NCBI GenBank assembly: GCA_002430725.1
Contig: DJCU01000001.1
Span: forward strand, 9,639-73,638
Length of the DNA: 64,000 bases
From: Candidatus Gottesmanbacteria bacterium UBA5942
Lineage (GTDB): Bacteria; Patescibacteriota; Microgenomatia; UBA10105; UBA927
Reading direction: 5' to 3'
The position numbers and the translations under genes were made by a program. Of the stretch, positions 1-9,007 are shown piece by piece. A model generated the notes under the pieces. It saw only the letters and a list, made by a program, of their open reading frames with translations. It was not told where the DNA came from and made no database searches. The number at the start of each line of letters is the position of its first letter. Position 1 is the stretch's first letter.

Positions 1-1406
1 TTAGTTGTCGCCTCGCTGTGATCAGCAAGCCCTCCCTTAAACATGCCTGCTGCCGCAGAACGGGAAAGTGCCTGATGCTTACGGAATTCATTTTGAAATT
101 CATCACGGTCTACCTGCTGTCCTTTCTCGAGCGCCAATTCGTAGGTGAGCTCCCATGGAAACCCAAAACTTTGGAGCAAATCAAATGCGATAGTGCCGCT
201 AATAGTCTCGTGCTTCGACAATTCCGCCATGCCTTTTTTCAGGACTTTTTCAAACCGGACGATTTCTTCAGTCAACACCTGGCTCAACCCAAGAAACTCT
301 TGTGATTGACTTGAAAAATATACGCCATCATAAATCTCGCCAACCGCCTGATACACCTTAGCACCCAGTTCTGATTTCGATCCAGCCCCACCGAGTTGAT
401 GGATTTTTACCACCGCCCGCCGGATGAGCCTACGAAGTATATAACCTTGCTGTTTATTACCAGGGAATAACCCTTCATTAATCATGAACGTTGCCGCCTT
501 CAGATGATCAGCTATTACACGCATCGCCTGTGTTTCTTGCAAAGCACTGCCATATTTTTTTCCTGAAAATGTTTCGAGGTTTTTAATAATCGGCGCAAAC
601 AGATCAGTATTAAAAACATCTGGATCATCCGCAGTTGCCGCTGCCATACGCTCTAATCCACCACCAAAATCTACATTTTTCTGTGATAATTCCTTGAGCG
701 TTCCGTCCACCTGTTTTTGGTATTGCATAAACACCGAATTAGCTATCTCCATGAACCTGCCGCAATCACAGTTAGGATGACATACCTCGTCTTTATAGAT
801 AGATTTTTCGTGCAGCCCTAGTTCCATCCCAAAATCAAAAAACACTTCGCTGTCCGGCCCTCCCGGCTCTCCTGGCGGCATCTTCTCGGGCTCACCACTC
901 CTGCTCCACCAATTCTTTTTGGCGGGATATGTAAATATGCGTTCTCCAAGCTTTGCCTCAATACCTGCTTCACGGAATAATGTCGTCCAAATATGTATCG
1001 ATTCAGTATCTTTAGGCACGGCATCATTTCCTTCAAACACACTCACATACAAGCGCTTTGGATCAAGTTCCAACTCACCAGTCAAAAATGTAAAAATCCA
1101 CGGTAATTGCTCTTTTTTAAAATAATCACCCAAACTCCAATTGCCAAGCATTTCAAAAAATGTCGTATGCCTGTTGTCTCCCACTTCTTCAATATCCTGT
1201 GCGCGAAATGATTTCTGACTATTCACCAGCCTGTTTCCGACTGGATGTTTTTGTCCCAATAAATAAGGTACGAGCGGTTGCATACCCGAGCTCGTAAAAA
1301 GAGTAGAAGGGTCATTCATGGGCATGATAGGCGCAGAAGGGATTTCTGCATGCCCCTGAGTCACATAAAATTCGATAAATTTCTTTCTGATGTCAGCCGA
1401 TCGCAT
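1..1406 (-). CDS. alaS: Alanine--tRNA ligase (3' end runs off the window)
   Basis: Not in the ORF track (open at the edge). Manual translation from ATG 1406 gives MRSADIRKKFIEFY..GHAEIPSAP..DPSTLFTSSGMQPL..HTTFFEMLGNWSLGDYFK; at the window edge the same frame reads GMFKGGLADHSEATT, typical of AlaRS. Confidence 0.96.
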   Translation of the reverse strand, partial: MRSADIRKKFIEFYVTQGHAEIPSAPIMPMNDPSTLFTSSGMQPLVPYLLGQKHPVGNRLVNSQKSFRAQDIEEVGDNRHTTFFEMLGNWSLGDYFKKEQLPWIFTFLTGELELDPKRLYVSVFEGNDAVPKDTESIHIWTTLFREAGIEAKLGERIFTYPAKKNWWSRSGEPEKMPPGEPGGPDSEVFFDFGMELGLHEKSIYKDEVCHPNCDCGRFMEIANSVFMQYQKQVDGTLKELSQKNVDFGGGLERMAAATADDPDVFNTDLFAPIIKNLETFSGKKYGSALQETQAMRVIADHLKAATFMINEGLFPGNKQQGYILRRLIRRAVVKIHQLGGAGSKSELGAKVYQAVGEIYDGVYFSSQSQEFLGLSQVLTEEIVRFEKVLKKGMAELSKHETISGTIAFDLLQSFGFPWELTYELALEKGQQVDRDEFQNEFRKHQALSRSAAAGMFKGGLADHSEATT

Positions 1407-1492
1407 GAGATAGATTATAGCATGACACCACGAATACTCACGCCATACATTTGCAAACCAAAAGGGTATATACTAAAACTGATATATCGACT

Positions 1493-2266
1493 ATGAAATC
1501 ATTACCTCTGCCTATTCTCCTTATCATTGCATTTCTCACGCTTCCTATTATTTTATGGGCAACCGCCACCCAACAAGCTGACCTACGAAGCCTCGCACAA
1601 GACGCTGGGGTTACCCCTACTGTCACTCCTTCAGCCACTCCAACCGTTACACCTTCTGCAACTCCGACCATAACCCCTACACCCACAAACAGTCCGCCCC
1701 GTTGTAGTGGCTTATCAGTAAATCCGGGGGCAGGTGTCAAACCACTTACCGTCAACTTTGCATGCGCAGGCTACGACCCAGACAATGATATAACTGCCGC
1801 GGAATTCGGCTTTGGCGGTGGCGAAAAACAACTCGTAGAAAAAGGAACTGGACAATTTGGCTCTATCACAACCACACACACCTACACTGAAGCAGGCACC
1901 TACAATGTCACTTGCAGGGTACGGGATAATAATCAGGTATTTTCCGATTATCCAAGTTTTTGCAAATATACCGTTGTTGTTTCAGATAATGTTCTCACAC
2001 CCACTCCTCGACGTACCCCGACCCCAACAAGAGCTCCTGCAACAATCACTCCAGGAAGTGACCCTGTATTATTTATGGGGGGCACAGCTACTTCGATAAG
2101 CCCATCTCCAACTGTCACCATCGCAACACCCACATCTACCCCAACCCCAGAAGCGCAAGGCTGGTGGACAAGTGAAAAAATTTCCCAATTAGTAATGATG
2201 GTCATCATTAGTGGACTTACGGTCGTTGCTGCACTTCTTCTTCATGGATTTTTCGACAAACGATGA
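1493..2266 (+). CDS. Membrane-anchored PKD/Ig-like domain surface protein with Pro/Thr-rich linkers
   Basis: N-terminal TM helix, TPTVTPSA repeats, PKD-like HTYTEAGTYNVTCRVRDNN, C-terminal TM followed by DKR. Start moved to ATG 1493. Confidence 0.8.
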   Translation: MKSLPLPILLIIAFLTLPIILWATATQQADLRSLAQDAGVTPTVTPSATPTVTPSATPTITPTPTNSPPRCSGLSVNPGAGVKPLTVNFACAGYDPDNDITAAEFGFGGGEKQLVEKGTGQFGSITTTHTYTEAGTYNVTCRVRDNNQVFSDYPSFCKYTVVVSDNVLTPTPRRTPTPTRAPATITPGSDPVLFMGGTATSISPSPTVTIATPTSTPTPEAQGWWTSEKISQLVMMVIISGLTVVAALLLHGFFDKR

Positions 2267-2290
2267 CAGTCAAGATACAATAGCGCTGCA

Positions 2291-2632
2291 ATGCAAATTG
2301 TCAAACAAAAAAAGGCACGAAGAGTAGACGCCTCTCCTACCACCTCTGTAGAGGAATATCTCATGAAAGAAAATCGTATTGGTGGATCTACTGTTATTAT
2401 TTCCGGCAGATATCCAGAAAAAGGAAACGCCATCAATCTTATTTCGACAGAATTAGTATTAGTGTTAAGTGGCAATGGAGTTATTGGACATCGGGGTAAA
2501 GAAACACCCATAGAAATGGGAGACTGTATTCTTTTAAAACCAAAAGAAAAATATTATTGGAACGGACATCTCGCATTATTTATTGTGTGCACTCCTACTT
2601 GGAAATCAAGGCAACACAAAGTCATTGCATGA
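2291..2632 (+). CDS. Cupin-domain protein
   Basis: 113 aa with ELVLVLSGNG and GDCILLKPKEKY cupin-like motifs; metal-binding His residues not evident. Confidence 0.7.
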   Translation: MQIVKQKKARRVDASPTTSVEEYLMKENRIGGSTVIISGRYPEKGNAINLISTELVLVLSGNGVIGHRGKETPIEMGDCILLKPKEKYYWNGHLALFIVCTPTWKSRQHKVIA

Positions 2633-2633
2633 C

Positions 2634-3605
2634 ATGAATGATATTTTTACCCGCGTAGATAGTATTGCTACCCTTCCTCAAGTGCTTGAGCAAATTGCGC
2701 ATGCTTATGGACTAGGAACTATTTCAACTTCTTCACCTATCCTTACCGGCTACCAGGATTGCAACATAGATGTACAGTCTACGCGTGGACGATTTGTCAT
2801 AAAAATATTCGCGTCTGACAAAACCAAAGAACGTATTGATGATGTCATCATAGGGTACACCACTCTCCGTAAAAATGGTGTCCCAGTACCAATGCTGAAA
2901 ACTTCCTCAGAAAAACAGGTTCTTTTAAAAATTCCCGGAAACCAGCACGCGTCATTTGCGTGTGTATTTGATTATTTTGAAGGTAAATCGTTTACCAAAA
3001 CTCAGCCCACCGATAAGGACATTATGTCGATCACCACAATGCTCGCAAAAATCCACACCACCAAAAATCTGACTCCTCACTATTACGACACTATGGGAAT
3101 AGTAAATCTCGCAAGTGAATACAAACTGAAATCCAACGCATTATCGTCCGAAGAGCTTACAAAAATCTCGCCAGTCGTTTCTCATCTCCAACGGATACCG
3201 ATAGCTACGTTCCCCAAAACACTTATTCATGGCACTCCAGAAAAAGAAAACGTGTTAAAAAATGCAAACGGAGATCTTTGTCTCCTTGACTTGGGATGTA
3301 TGGACTATAACGCTGCGGTTATCGACATTGCCACTTTTATCGCAAATTTTGCCCTCTATGTAACCGAAGAAAAACGAAAACACATTGTTCACCTTATCCT
3401 CGACACCTACAACCCAACCCGCCAAATAACGCAGGCAGAACTCACGGCACTCCCCGCGCTTATTCGCGCCCAATATGCCGCATACATTATCGCTATGACC
3501 TATCACATGCGAAAAAATCACGACATGACAAAACAAACACAAGTCTGGCTTGATAGAGGATGGGACGGTCTTAAATCATTTACCGGTATCAGAAAACTAA
3601 TTTAA
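2634..3605 (+). CDS. APH/homoserine kinase type II-like phosphotransferase
   Basis: FVIKIF, LAKIH, IHGTPEKENVL and LLDLG motifs of the APH/choline kinase fold. Start set to ATG 2634. Confidence 0.8.
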   Translation: MNDIFTRVDSIATLPQVLEQIAHAYGLGTISTSSPILTGYQDCNIDVQSTRGRFVIKIFASDKTKERIDDVIIGYTTLRKNGVPVPMLKTSSEKQVLLKIPGNQHASFACVFDYFEGKSFTKTQPTDKDIMSITTMLAKIHTTKNLTPHYYDTMGIVNLASEYKLKSNALSSEELTKISPVVSHLQRIPIATFPKTLIHGTPEKENVLKNANGDLCLLDLGCMDYNAAVIDIATFIANFALYVTEEKRKHIVHLILDTYNPTRQITQAELTALPALIRAQYAAYIIAMTYHMRKNHDMTKQTQVWLDRGWDGLKSFTGIRKLI

Positions 3606-3614
3606 ACACACACT

Positions 3615-4475
3615 ATGAACCCACTAGTCTTTGCTTTTATCACCTATCTTTCTTGGGGGTTGGGCGATGTATTTAACGCGATTACTGCGCGTACACTTGG
3701 TGCGGAACGCGCGCTACTTCGAGTGTTCATTGTAAGCGCTCTTCTTTTTCTCCCGCTTATTCCAAATCATATCCACGAGCTATCAAACGCTACACCACTT
3801 ATAATGATGGCAGTTATTGCGCTCGGAGGATTACAGCTTGTAGGAAATATTGCGCTCAATAAATCTCTTCGTCTTATCAACGCTCCCCTCGCGCTCACTA
3901 TTTTTTCATCATACTCCGCACTCATAGTTGTTCTATCTGTCATATTATTTCGCGAACCGATAACAATAATGCAATCGTTTTATATCAGTTTAATTTTTAT
4001 GGGAATTTTTCTTTGTACCTATGTCCCAATCAAAGAAAAACAATCAAACGAATATAAACGAGGAGTATTCCTTGCTATTGTTGGCATGGCATGTATCGGT
4101 GTGTTTTTTACCCTTGTCCAACCAATTATCGCCATTATCGGCTGGTTCTGGCCAATTTACGCATTCACTGTCTGGATTCCAATATTGTGGTGGCTACACA
4201 TCAAGGAAAAAAAGGAAAGTACACGCGTTTCATGGAAAATAGCGCTGCTACCAGTATTATTAACCGCACTTCTTTTGAGGATCGGTGATTTTTCATTTAA
4301 CGTAGCCCTCGATAGCGGCCTTACCCCGATAGTCGCACCGATTGCGGGTAGTTATCCCACTCTTTCAGTCCTCCTCTCCTATGTTGTGTTTCGCGAAAAA
4401 CTCACAATACGCCAAACCATAGGAATACTCCTTGCACTCGTTGGTATAATAGCATTAGGATTTGTAGGCGTATGA
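3615..4475 (+). CDS. DMT/EamA family transporter
   Basis: ~10 TM helices, two repeats ending LFREPIT / VFREKLT. Confidence 0.88.
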   Translation: MNPLVFAFITYLSWGLGDVFNAITARTLGAERALLRVFIVSALLFLPLIPNHIHELSNATPLIMMAVIALGGLQLVGNIALNKSLRLINAPLALTIFSSYSALIVVLSVILFREPITIMQSFYISLIFMGIFLCTYVPIKEKQSNEYKRGVFLAIVGMACIGVFFTLVQPIIAIIGWFWPIYAFTVWIPILWWLHIKEKKESTRVSWKIALLPVLLTALLLRIGDFSFNVALDSGLTPIVAPIAGSYPTLSVLLSYVVFREKLTIRQTIGILLALVGIIALGFVGV

Positions 4476-4798
4476 GTGACGCAATACTTGTTATTATCTC
4501 ATGTAGCGATAAATCACAAGCTGAACAAATCGGCGAACAACTACTTAAAAAGAAGCTCGCCGCATGCACCCAAATTGTCCACGCTGTAGACTCCATGTTT
4601 CTTTGGCCGCCTCATAAAAATCAAATTGATTATGCTCAAGAAGCACTCCTGCTCGTTAAAACTTTGGACAACAAATGGAAAGCATTAGAAAAAGAAATCA
4701 TACGTGTTCACTCATACGAAAATCCAGAAATTATTGCACTCCCACTCTCCCATGTCGCCCCAAAGTACATGGCCTGGTTGCAAAACGAACTATCGTAA
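4472..4798 (+). CDS. cutA: Divalent-cation tolerance protein CutA
   Basis: KKLAACTQI, SMFLW, EALLLVKT and HSYENPEII motifs. Confidence 0.93.
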   Translation: MSDAILVIISCSDKSQAEQIGEQLLKKKLAACTQIVHAVDSMFLWPPHKNQIDYAQEALLLVKTLDNKWKALEKEIIRVHSYENPEIIALPLSHVAPKYMAWLQNELS

Positions 4799-4828
4799 AT
4801 AAACACTGGTAGTCGTATACTTCTCCCT

Positions 4829-5677
4829 ATGTTATGGTTTTTCCTTGCTCTCGCAAGCGCTCTCATTTTCGCCGCACAAGAACTTCTTATGCGGATGCTT
4901 GCCATACGAACAAGCTCTCCGCGAATATTTGCTGTGGTATTTAACCTATGGGGAGCAGGCTTTGCATTGTTACTTTTTTTGCTTGAACGCGGATCACTCT
5001 CTGGCCTCTGGGGACTTACACCCATGCAATATGTACTTCTTGCTTCGACTATTGTTCTCTACGGACTATACGAACGAACCCAATTTTATGCCCGGCAGGG
5101 AACGGATGCTTCTACTTTTGCGATTATTTTTCGCTTGAGCACGGTGATCGGATTTATCGGTGCGATTTTATTTTTGAATGAGCCACTAACAACTGAAAAA
5201 ATCGCGGGCGTTATGCTTATCATATTTGCCTCATTCCTGTTAGTCTTTCGAAATCCAAAATTTACGCTCACGCCTGCACTTGGATATGCGGTACTTTGTG
5301 CCGTATTTTTGGGACTCACCAGTGTATTAGACAAGCCAGCTTCCGAACCCATGCCTGCAACACTTTATAGCTTCCTTATTTGGTTTGTGCCTATTGTGAT
5401 AGTCGCATTTCCTACTGTCTCCAAAAAAGAAATTGTCCGGGAGCTCCGTATCGGTGGGTGGAAAGTCGCCCTTGCGGCAGCGCTCAATGTCGTTGGCTAC
5501 ATTATCTATATACAAGCCTTATCTCTTGCTGAAGCATCGAGAGTAAACCCGATTACTGCAACGACCGGTATTTTTACCGTGGCGGGAGGCATATATTTCC
5601 TCAAAGAACATGGCCATCTGTGGCGGAAAATAGTTGCAACAGTATTTGCGTTTATCGGGGTACTGTTGCTGCGATAA
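4829..5677 (+). CDS. DMT/EamA family transporter
   Basis: ~10 TM helices, LFLNEPLT and YFLKE repeat ends. Confidence 0.88.
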   Translation: MLWFFLALASALIFAAQELLMRMLAIRTSSPRIFAVVFNLWGAGFALLLFLLERGSLSGLWGLTPMQYVLLASTIVLYGLYERTQFYARQGTDASTFAIIFRLSTVIGFIGAILFLNEPLTTEKIAGVMLIIFASFLLVFRNPKFTLTPALGYAVLCAVFLGLTSVLDKPASEPMPATLYSFLIWFVPIVIVAFPTVSKKEIVRELRIGGWKVALAAALNVVGYIIYIQALSLAEASRVNPITATTGIFTVAGGIYFLKEHGHLWRKIVATVFAFIGVLLLR

Positions 5678-5725
5678 AATATCGTACGCAGAAGTGTATA
5701 ATAAGCACACAGAAAGGAAGAAAAA

Positions 5726-6655
5726 ATGAAATTTTATCTTATCGTTCCCGACAAAGAATGTGGACTGACTTCTGAACAACAAAAACAACTCGCGATGTAT
5801 GGCGAAGTTGTCATTATCCAACACAAAGGAAAACTTGCATTACTTACCGAGCTAACCCAAGACAACGATGAAAAAATACTCGCTCTCGACCCAACAGTAT
5901 TCGATTGGGATCTAGATGTGGCAGCACTTGATCATATTCCAAATGTGAAGGCGGTCATTACTCAATCCACCTCGTTTGACTGGATACACCCCAAGGAACT
6001 TGCATCTCGAAATATTATTGGCTGCAATTGCCCGGGTTTTTCGTCCGAATCAGTAGCTGAATACGCGATATGTATGGCAATAGAAGTCGCTCGAAGACTT
6101 CCGGTTTACATCAAAAATAACTGGAAAATAGATTGGTCGGTAAAGCCAATGCTGCTCAAAGGGAAAACGCTAGGGGTTATCGGTATGGGACGCATTGGCA
6201 AAGCGATGGCTGCCGCAGGCAAAGGCATCGGCATGGACGTCATCTATTGGTCACGAAAAACCCGTCACAATGACTATACATTTACTGAACTAGCAGAGTT
6301 ATTTCAAAAAGCGGACGTGCTTATGCCAGCGCTTGTTGAAAACGATGATACAAAACGTATTATTTCTAACGACCTCATCGACACTATGAAGCCCTCCGCG
6401 GTTATTGTGGGTATTGGTCGCGTAAAGGCACTTTTACCAGAGGCATATATTTTAGAAAAAGTCGCACAAAACAAACTTGGCGGCTATGCACTAGAAGGAG
6501 AAGGCGCAAAACCATTACATGAATACCAAGGCAACGTCTGGGCACTCCCGCCTATGGCTTGGATAAGTCAGGAATCTCTTACCAATCTCATCGCTATGTG
6601 GGTAGATAATATGGTCGCAATTGCCGATAATAAACCAAAAAACATTGTGACCTAA
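5726..6655 (+). CDS. D-isomer-specific 2-hydroxyacid dehydrogenase family protein
   Basis: SESVAEYAI, LKGKTLGVIGMGRIG Rossmann motif, MKPSAVIVGIGR; SD-like AAAGGAAG upstream. Confidence 0.88.
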   Translation: MKFYLIVPDKECGLTSEQQKQLAMYGEVVIIQHKGKLALLTELTQDNDEKILALDPTVFDWDLDVAALDHIPNVKAVITQSTSFDWIHPKELASRNIIGCNCPGFSSESVAEYAICMAIEVARRLPVYIKNNWKIDWSVKPMLLKGKTLGVIGMGRIGKAMAAAGKGIGMDVIYWSRKTRHNDYTFTELAELFQKADVLMPALVENDDTKRIISNDLIDTMKPSAVIVGIGRVKALLPEAYILEKVAQNKLGGYALEGEGAKPLHEYQGNVWALPPMAWISQESLTNLIAMWVDNMVAIADNKPKNIVT

Positions 6656-6656
6656 C

Positions 6657-7577
6657 ATGAAGTCCCGCTTTATACATACAGCAATGAGAATTTCGCAGAG
6701 AAGCCTCTCTATCGGTTTTCTTGTCATCGTATCGGCTAGCTACACGCTTTTATCAGTCGGGAGCAGGCTTCTTTCCGAAGGTTTTCAACCCATGACACAA
6801 GTCTATATGAGGGTTGCACTTGCAACCTTTGCTCTTCTTTTGCTTTTTCGTAAAAAAATTCGGTGGAAAACAATCCGTTCGATGCCGCGTAGCGATGCGC
6901 TCATAATCCTTACCATGGGCACCATAGGCTACTCCATAGGAGTCTATTTCATTACGTTGGGGGCACTTAACGCGAAACTCGTCAATGTCGCCATTATTTT
7001 TGCATCTGTGCCTTTTTTCTCGTATGCATATTCATTTTTCTTTCTCAAAAAACCGCTCGACCTAAAACTTACGGGGTTATTAATTCTTTCGCTTATCGGC
7101 ATAAGCATTGTTGCCACCAAATCATTTACACCTCGTTTTGCCGAGTTCGGCATCGGGGAAATATTTACCCTTATTGCCACTGCTACCATGGCGTGGTTTT
7201 TTGTCGGACGAAAAATGCTATCCCGTCACCTCAATACACATGAAATCACCATAACTGTTATGGGTGTCGCTGCAATGTCAGGACTGATACTCGCATTGTT
7301 ACGCGGTGAAACATTTTCTCTCACTGCGTTTACAAACCCACACGTGCTTTTGGGACTTGCTATCGGAGGATTTATGAATGCGCTCGTTAATCCTATCGAG
7401 ATATATGCGTTTGAACATCTCGATGCAGTATTTGGCAGTCAGATACTACTTCTCGAAAATGTCTTTGCGCTACTTTTTGGATATCTCATTTACAGAGAGA
7501 TGGTAACAATACCAGAAATTATTGGCGGTCTTATTGTCGTAGGAAGTGTCTATTTTGCCAACAAACTCCCCCAGTAG
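6657..7577 (+). CDS. DMT/EamA family transporter
   Basis: ~10 TM helices, FFLKKPL and IYREMVT repeat ends; start could be 6684. Confidence 0.87.
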   Translation: MKSRFIHTAMRISQRSLSIGFLVIVSASYTLLSVGSRLLSEGFQPMTQVYMRVALATFALLLLFRKKIRWKTIRSMPRSDALIILTMGTIGYSIGVYFITLGALNAKLVNVAIIFASVPFFSYAYSFFFLKKPLDLKLTGLLILSLIGISIVATKSFTPRFAEFGIGEIFTLIATATMAWFFVGRKMLSRHLNTHEITITVMGVAAMSGLILALLRGETFSLTAFTNPHVLLGLAIGGFMNALVNPIEIYAFEHLDAVFGSQILLLENVFALLFGYLIYREMVTIPEIIGGLIVVGSVYFANKLPQ

Positions 7578-7614
7578 TAATACAAAAAATAGCATGAAGT
7601 GAGAAGAGGCGCTT

Positions 7615-8001
7615 CTATCGTTTCTTAGGAAGATTTTTGAATTGTTTCCGTAATGTTGCAGTTGTCTCTGCCCCTTTTTGTTGCATTTCCTGAATATGGG
7701 CAAGCGCTATATCAATTTTTTCCGCGGCAGCCTCTGTGACATCATCTTTTTTATCCCCAATGGTATCCATCACCTTCTCTTTCATTACTTCACCCTGACG
7801 AACAAGCTCTTTACCTTTATTTTGCAGTTCATCGAGTTTTGCTTCCAACTCATCAATCAAGTCTTTTCCTTTGCTTTCGATCATCTTTCCCGTCTTTTTC
7901 CCTTCCTTCGTTCCCAAGAAAAAAATAATCAATGCGCCGATTAAGCCTCCGATAAAAAACCCAAACAAAAATTTGCCGTCACTATTGTGATTTTCAGACA
8001 T
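7615..8001 (-). CDS. YtxH-domain protein
   Basis: FLFGFFIGGLIGALIIFFLGTKEGKK followed by a charged coiled coil; start at MSENHNS (8001). Confidence 0.8.
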   Translation of the reverse strand: MSENHNSDGKFLFGFFIGGLIGALIIFFLGTKEGKKTGKMIESKGKDLIDELEAKLDELQNKGKELVRQGEVMKEKVMDTIGDKKDDVTEAAAEKIDIALAHIQEMQQKGAETTATLRKQFKNLPKKR

Positions 8002-8266
8002 ATTTCTCCCCCTCATCATCAGTCTTATTTCGAAATGATTTAAATACAGAAAGTGCTGCTTTTATACCACTCACTACTCCAGATAAACTCGCGACTGAAT
8101 CGCCAACTGTGCCCGTCACTTTTTTGGCGTCATCAAGCATCGTATTCACCTTGATAATAGAAGTCCTGACTTCTTTGAAGATATACCATACCTGAACTCC
8201 CAGAAGCACCAAAAGAAGGGTAAGAATAAAACTTATAATGATAATAGTAAGCTGAACTGGATCCAT
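7994..8266 (-). CDS. DUF948/YoxC-like small membrane protein
   Basis: N-terminal TM plus amphipathic coiled coil; directly upstream of the YtxH gene, as in ytxG-ytxH pairs. Confidence 0.6.
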   Translation of the reverse strand: MDPVQLTIIIISFILTLLLVLLGVQVWYIFKEVRTSIIKVNTMLDDAKKVTGTVGDSVASLSGVVSGIKAALSVFKSFRNKTDDEGEKYV

Positions 8267-8301
8267 GGGCAGACACTAAACTATTACAGACACTACTCAC
8301 C

Positions 8302-8330
8302 AGTATGGCGTAAATTGCGCTTACTGTCAA
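8302..8330 (-). promoter_or_regulatory. Sigma70 promoter for the DUF948-YtxH pair
   Basis: TTGACA (8330-8325), 17 nt spacer, CATACT (8307-8302). Confidence 0.65.
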
Positions 8331-8360
8331 TCCGATCGAAATCGTACAGAATATCACTTT

Positions 8361-8999
8361 TTATGGCTGGTAACCTACCTCACGCACTTCTGTAGAAGTT
8401 TTACCAAACCGACTTGTCGCGCTTATCGTAATCTTATTAACTCCTGGCTCGACAGCTACTTGTTCATAAAATCTCCCATCATCACGAACTATGGTGGAAA
8501 TACCATTGATTGTTACCGTAGCATCAGCATCTGATTTTCCCTCAACTACCACCCTGCTACTCGTTACGATCTGCTGGTCAGTAGGACTTGTCACTGTCAG
8601 TGGTGGCGCTTTCCCAATACGGAAATACTGATTTCCGAGATAAAAGAGAAAAATAATCAACAAAATACTCACTAAAAATCCGACAAATCTTCCCGGAGTC
8701 AAATGTACAAACGGAGCATTAAGCGGATCAGATACTCCTTTTGGCAACAAACTCGCTTTAGAAACATCTGTCATCTGCCGCCGAAAAAATGCCATAATCG
8801 CATCTGTTGGTAACCCTAAATATTCTGCATAATTACGCACAAATCCCTTGGCATAAGAAGGTGAGGGAAGCCTGCCAAAATCATTTGCCTCAATGGCGAT
8901 AATATATTTTTCTCGTATTTTAATCGCCCTTTCGACATCGATGGGCGATAGTCCTTTGGCAATACGCGCTTCCTGGAGCATGCTTCCGACTGTCTTCAT
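8361..8999 (-). CDS. RodZ-like XRE HTH membrane protein with C-terminal Ig-like domain
   Basis: VGSMLQEARIAKGLS..KIREKYIIAIE..YAKGFVRNYAEYLGL, one TM, beta-rich C-terminus; downstream of ftsK. Confidence 0.85.
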   Translation of the reverse strand: MKTVGSMLQEARIAKGLSPIDVERAIKIREKYIIAIEANDFGRLPSPSYAKGFVRNYAEYLGLPTDAIMAFFRRQMTDVSKASLLPKGVSDPLNAPFVHLTPGRFVGFLVSILLIIFLFYLGNQYFRIGKAPPLTVTSPTDQQIVTSSRVVVEGKSDADATVTINGISTIVRDDGRFYEQVAVEPGVNKITISATSRFGKTSTEVREVGYQP

Positions 9000-9007
9000 G
9001 AGGTCAC

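Noticed and set aside
1438-2208. - strand Val/Gly-rich ORFs (also 25791-26591 and 33984-34669)
   Set aside because: Reverse complements of Pro/Thr repeat linkers.
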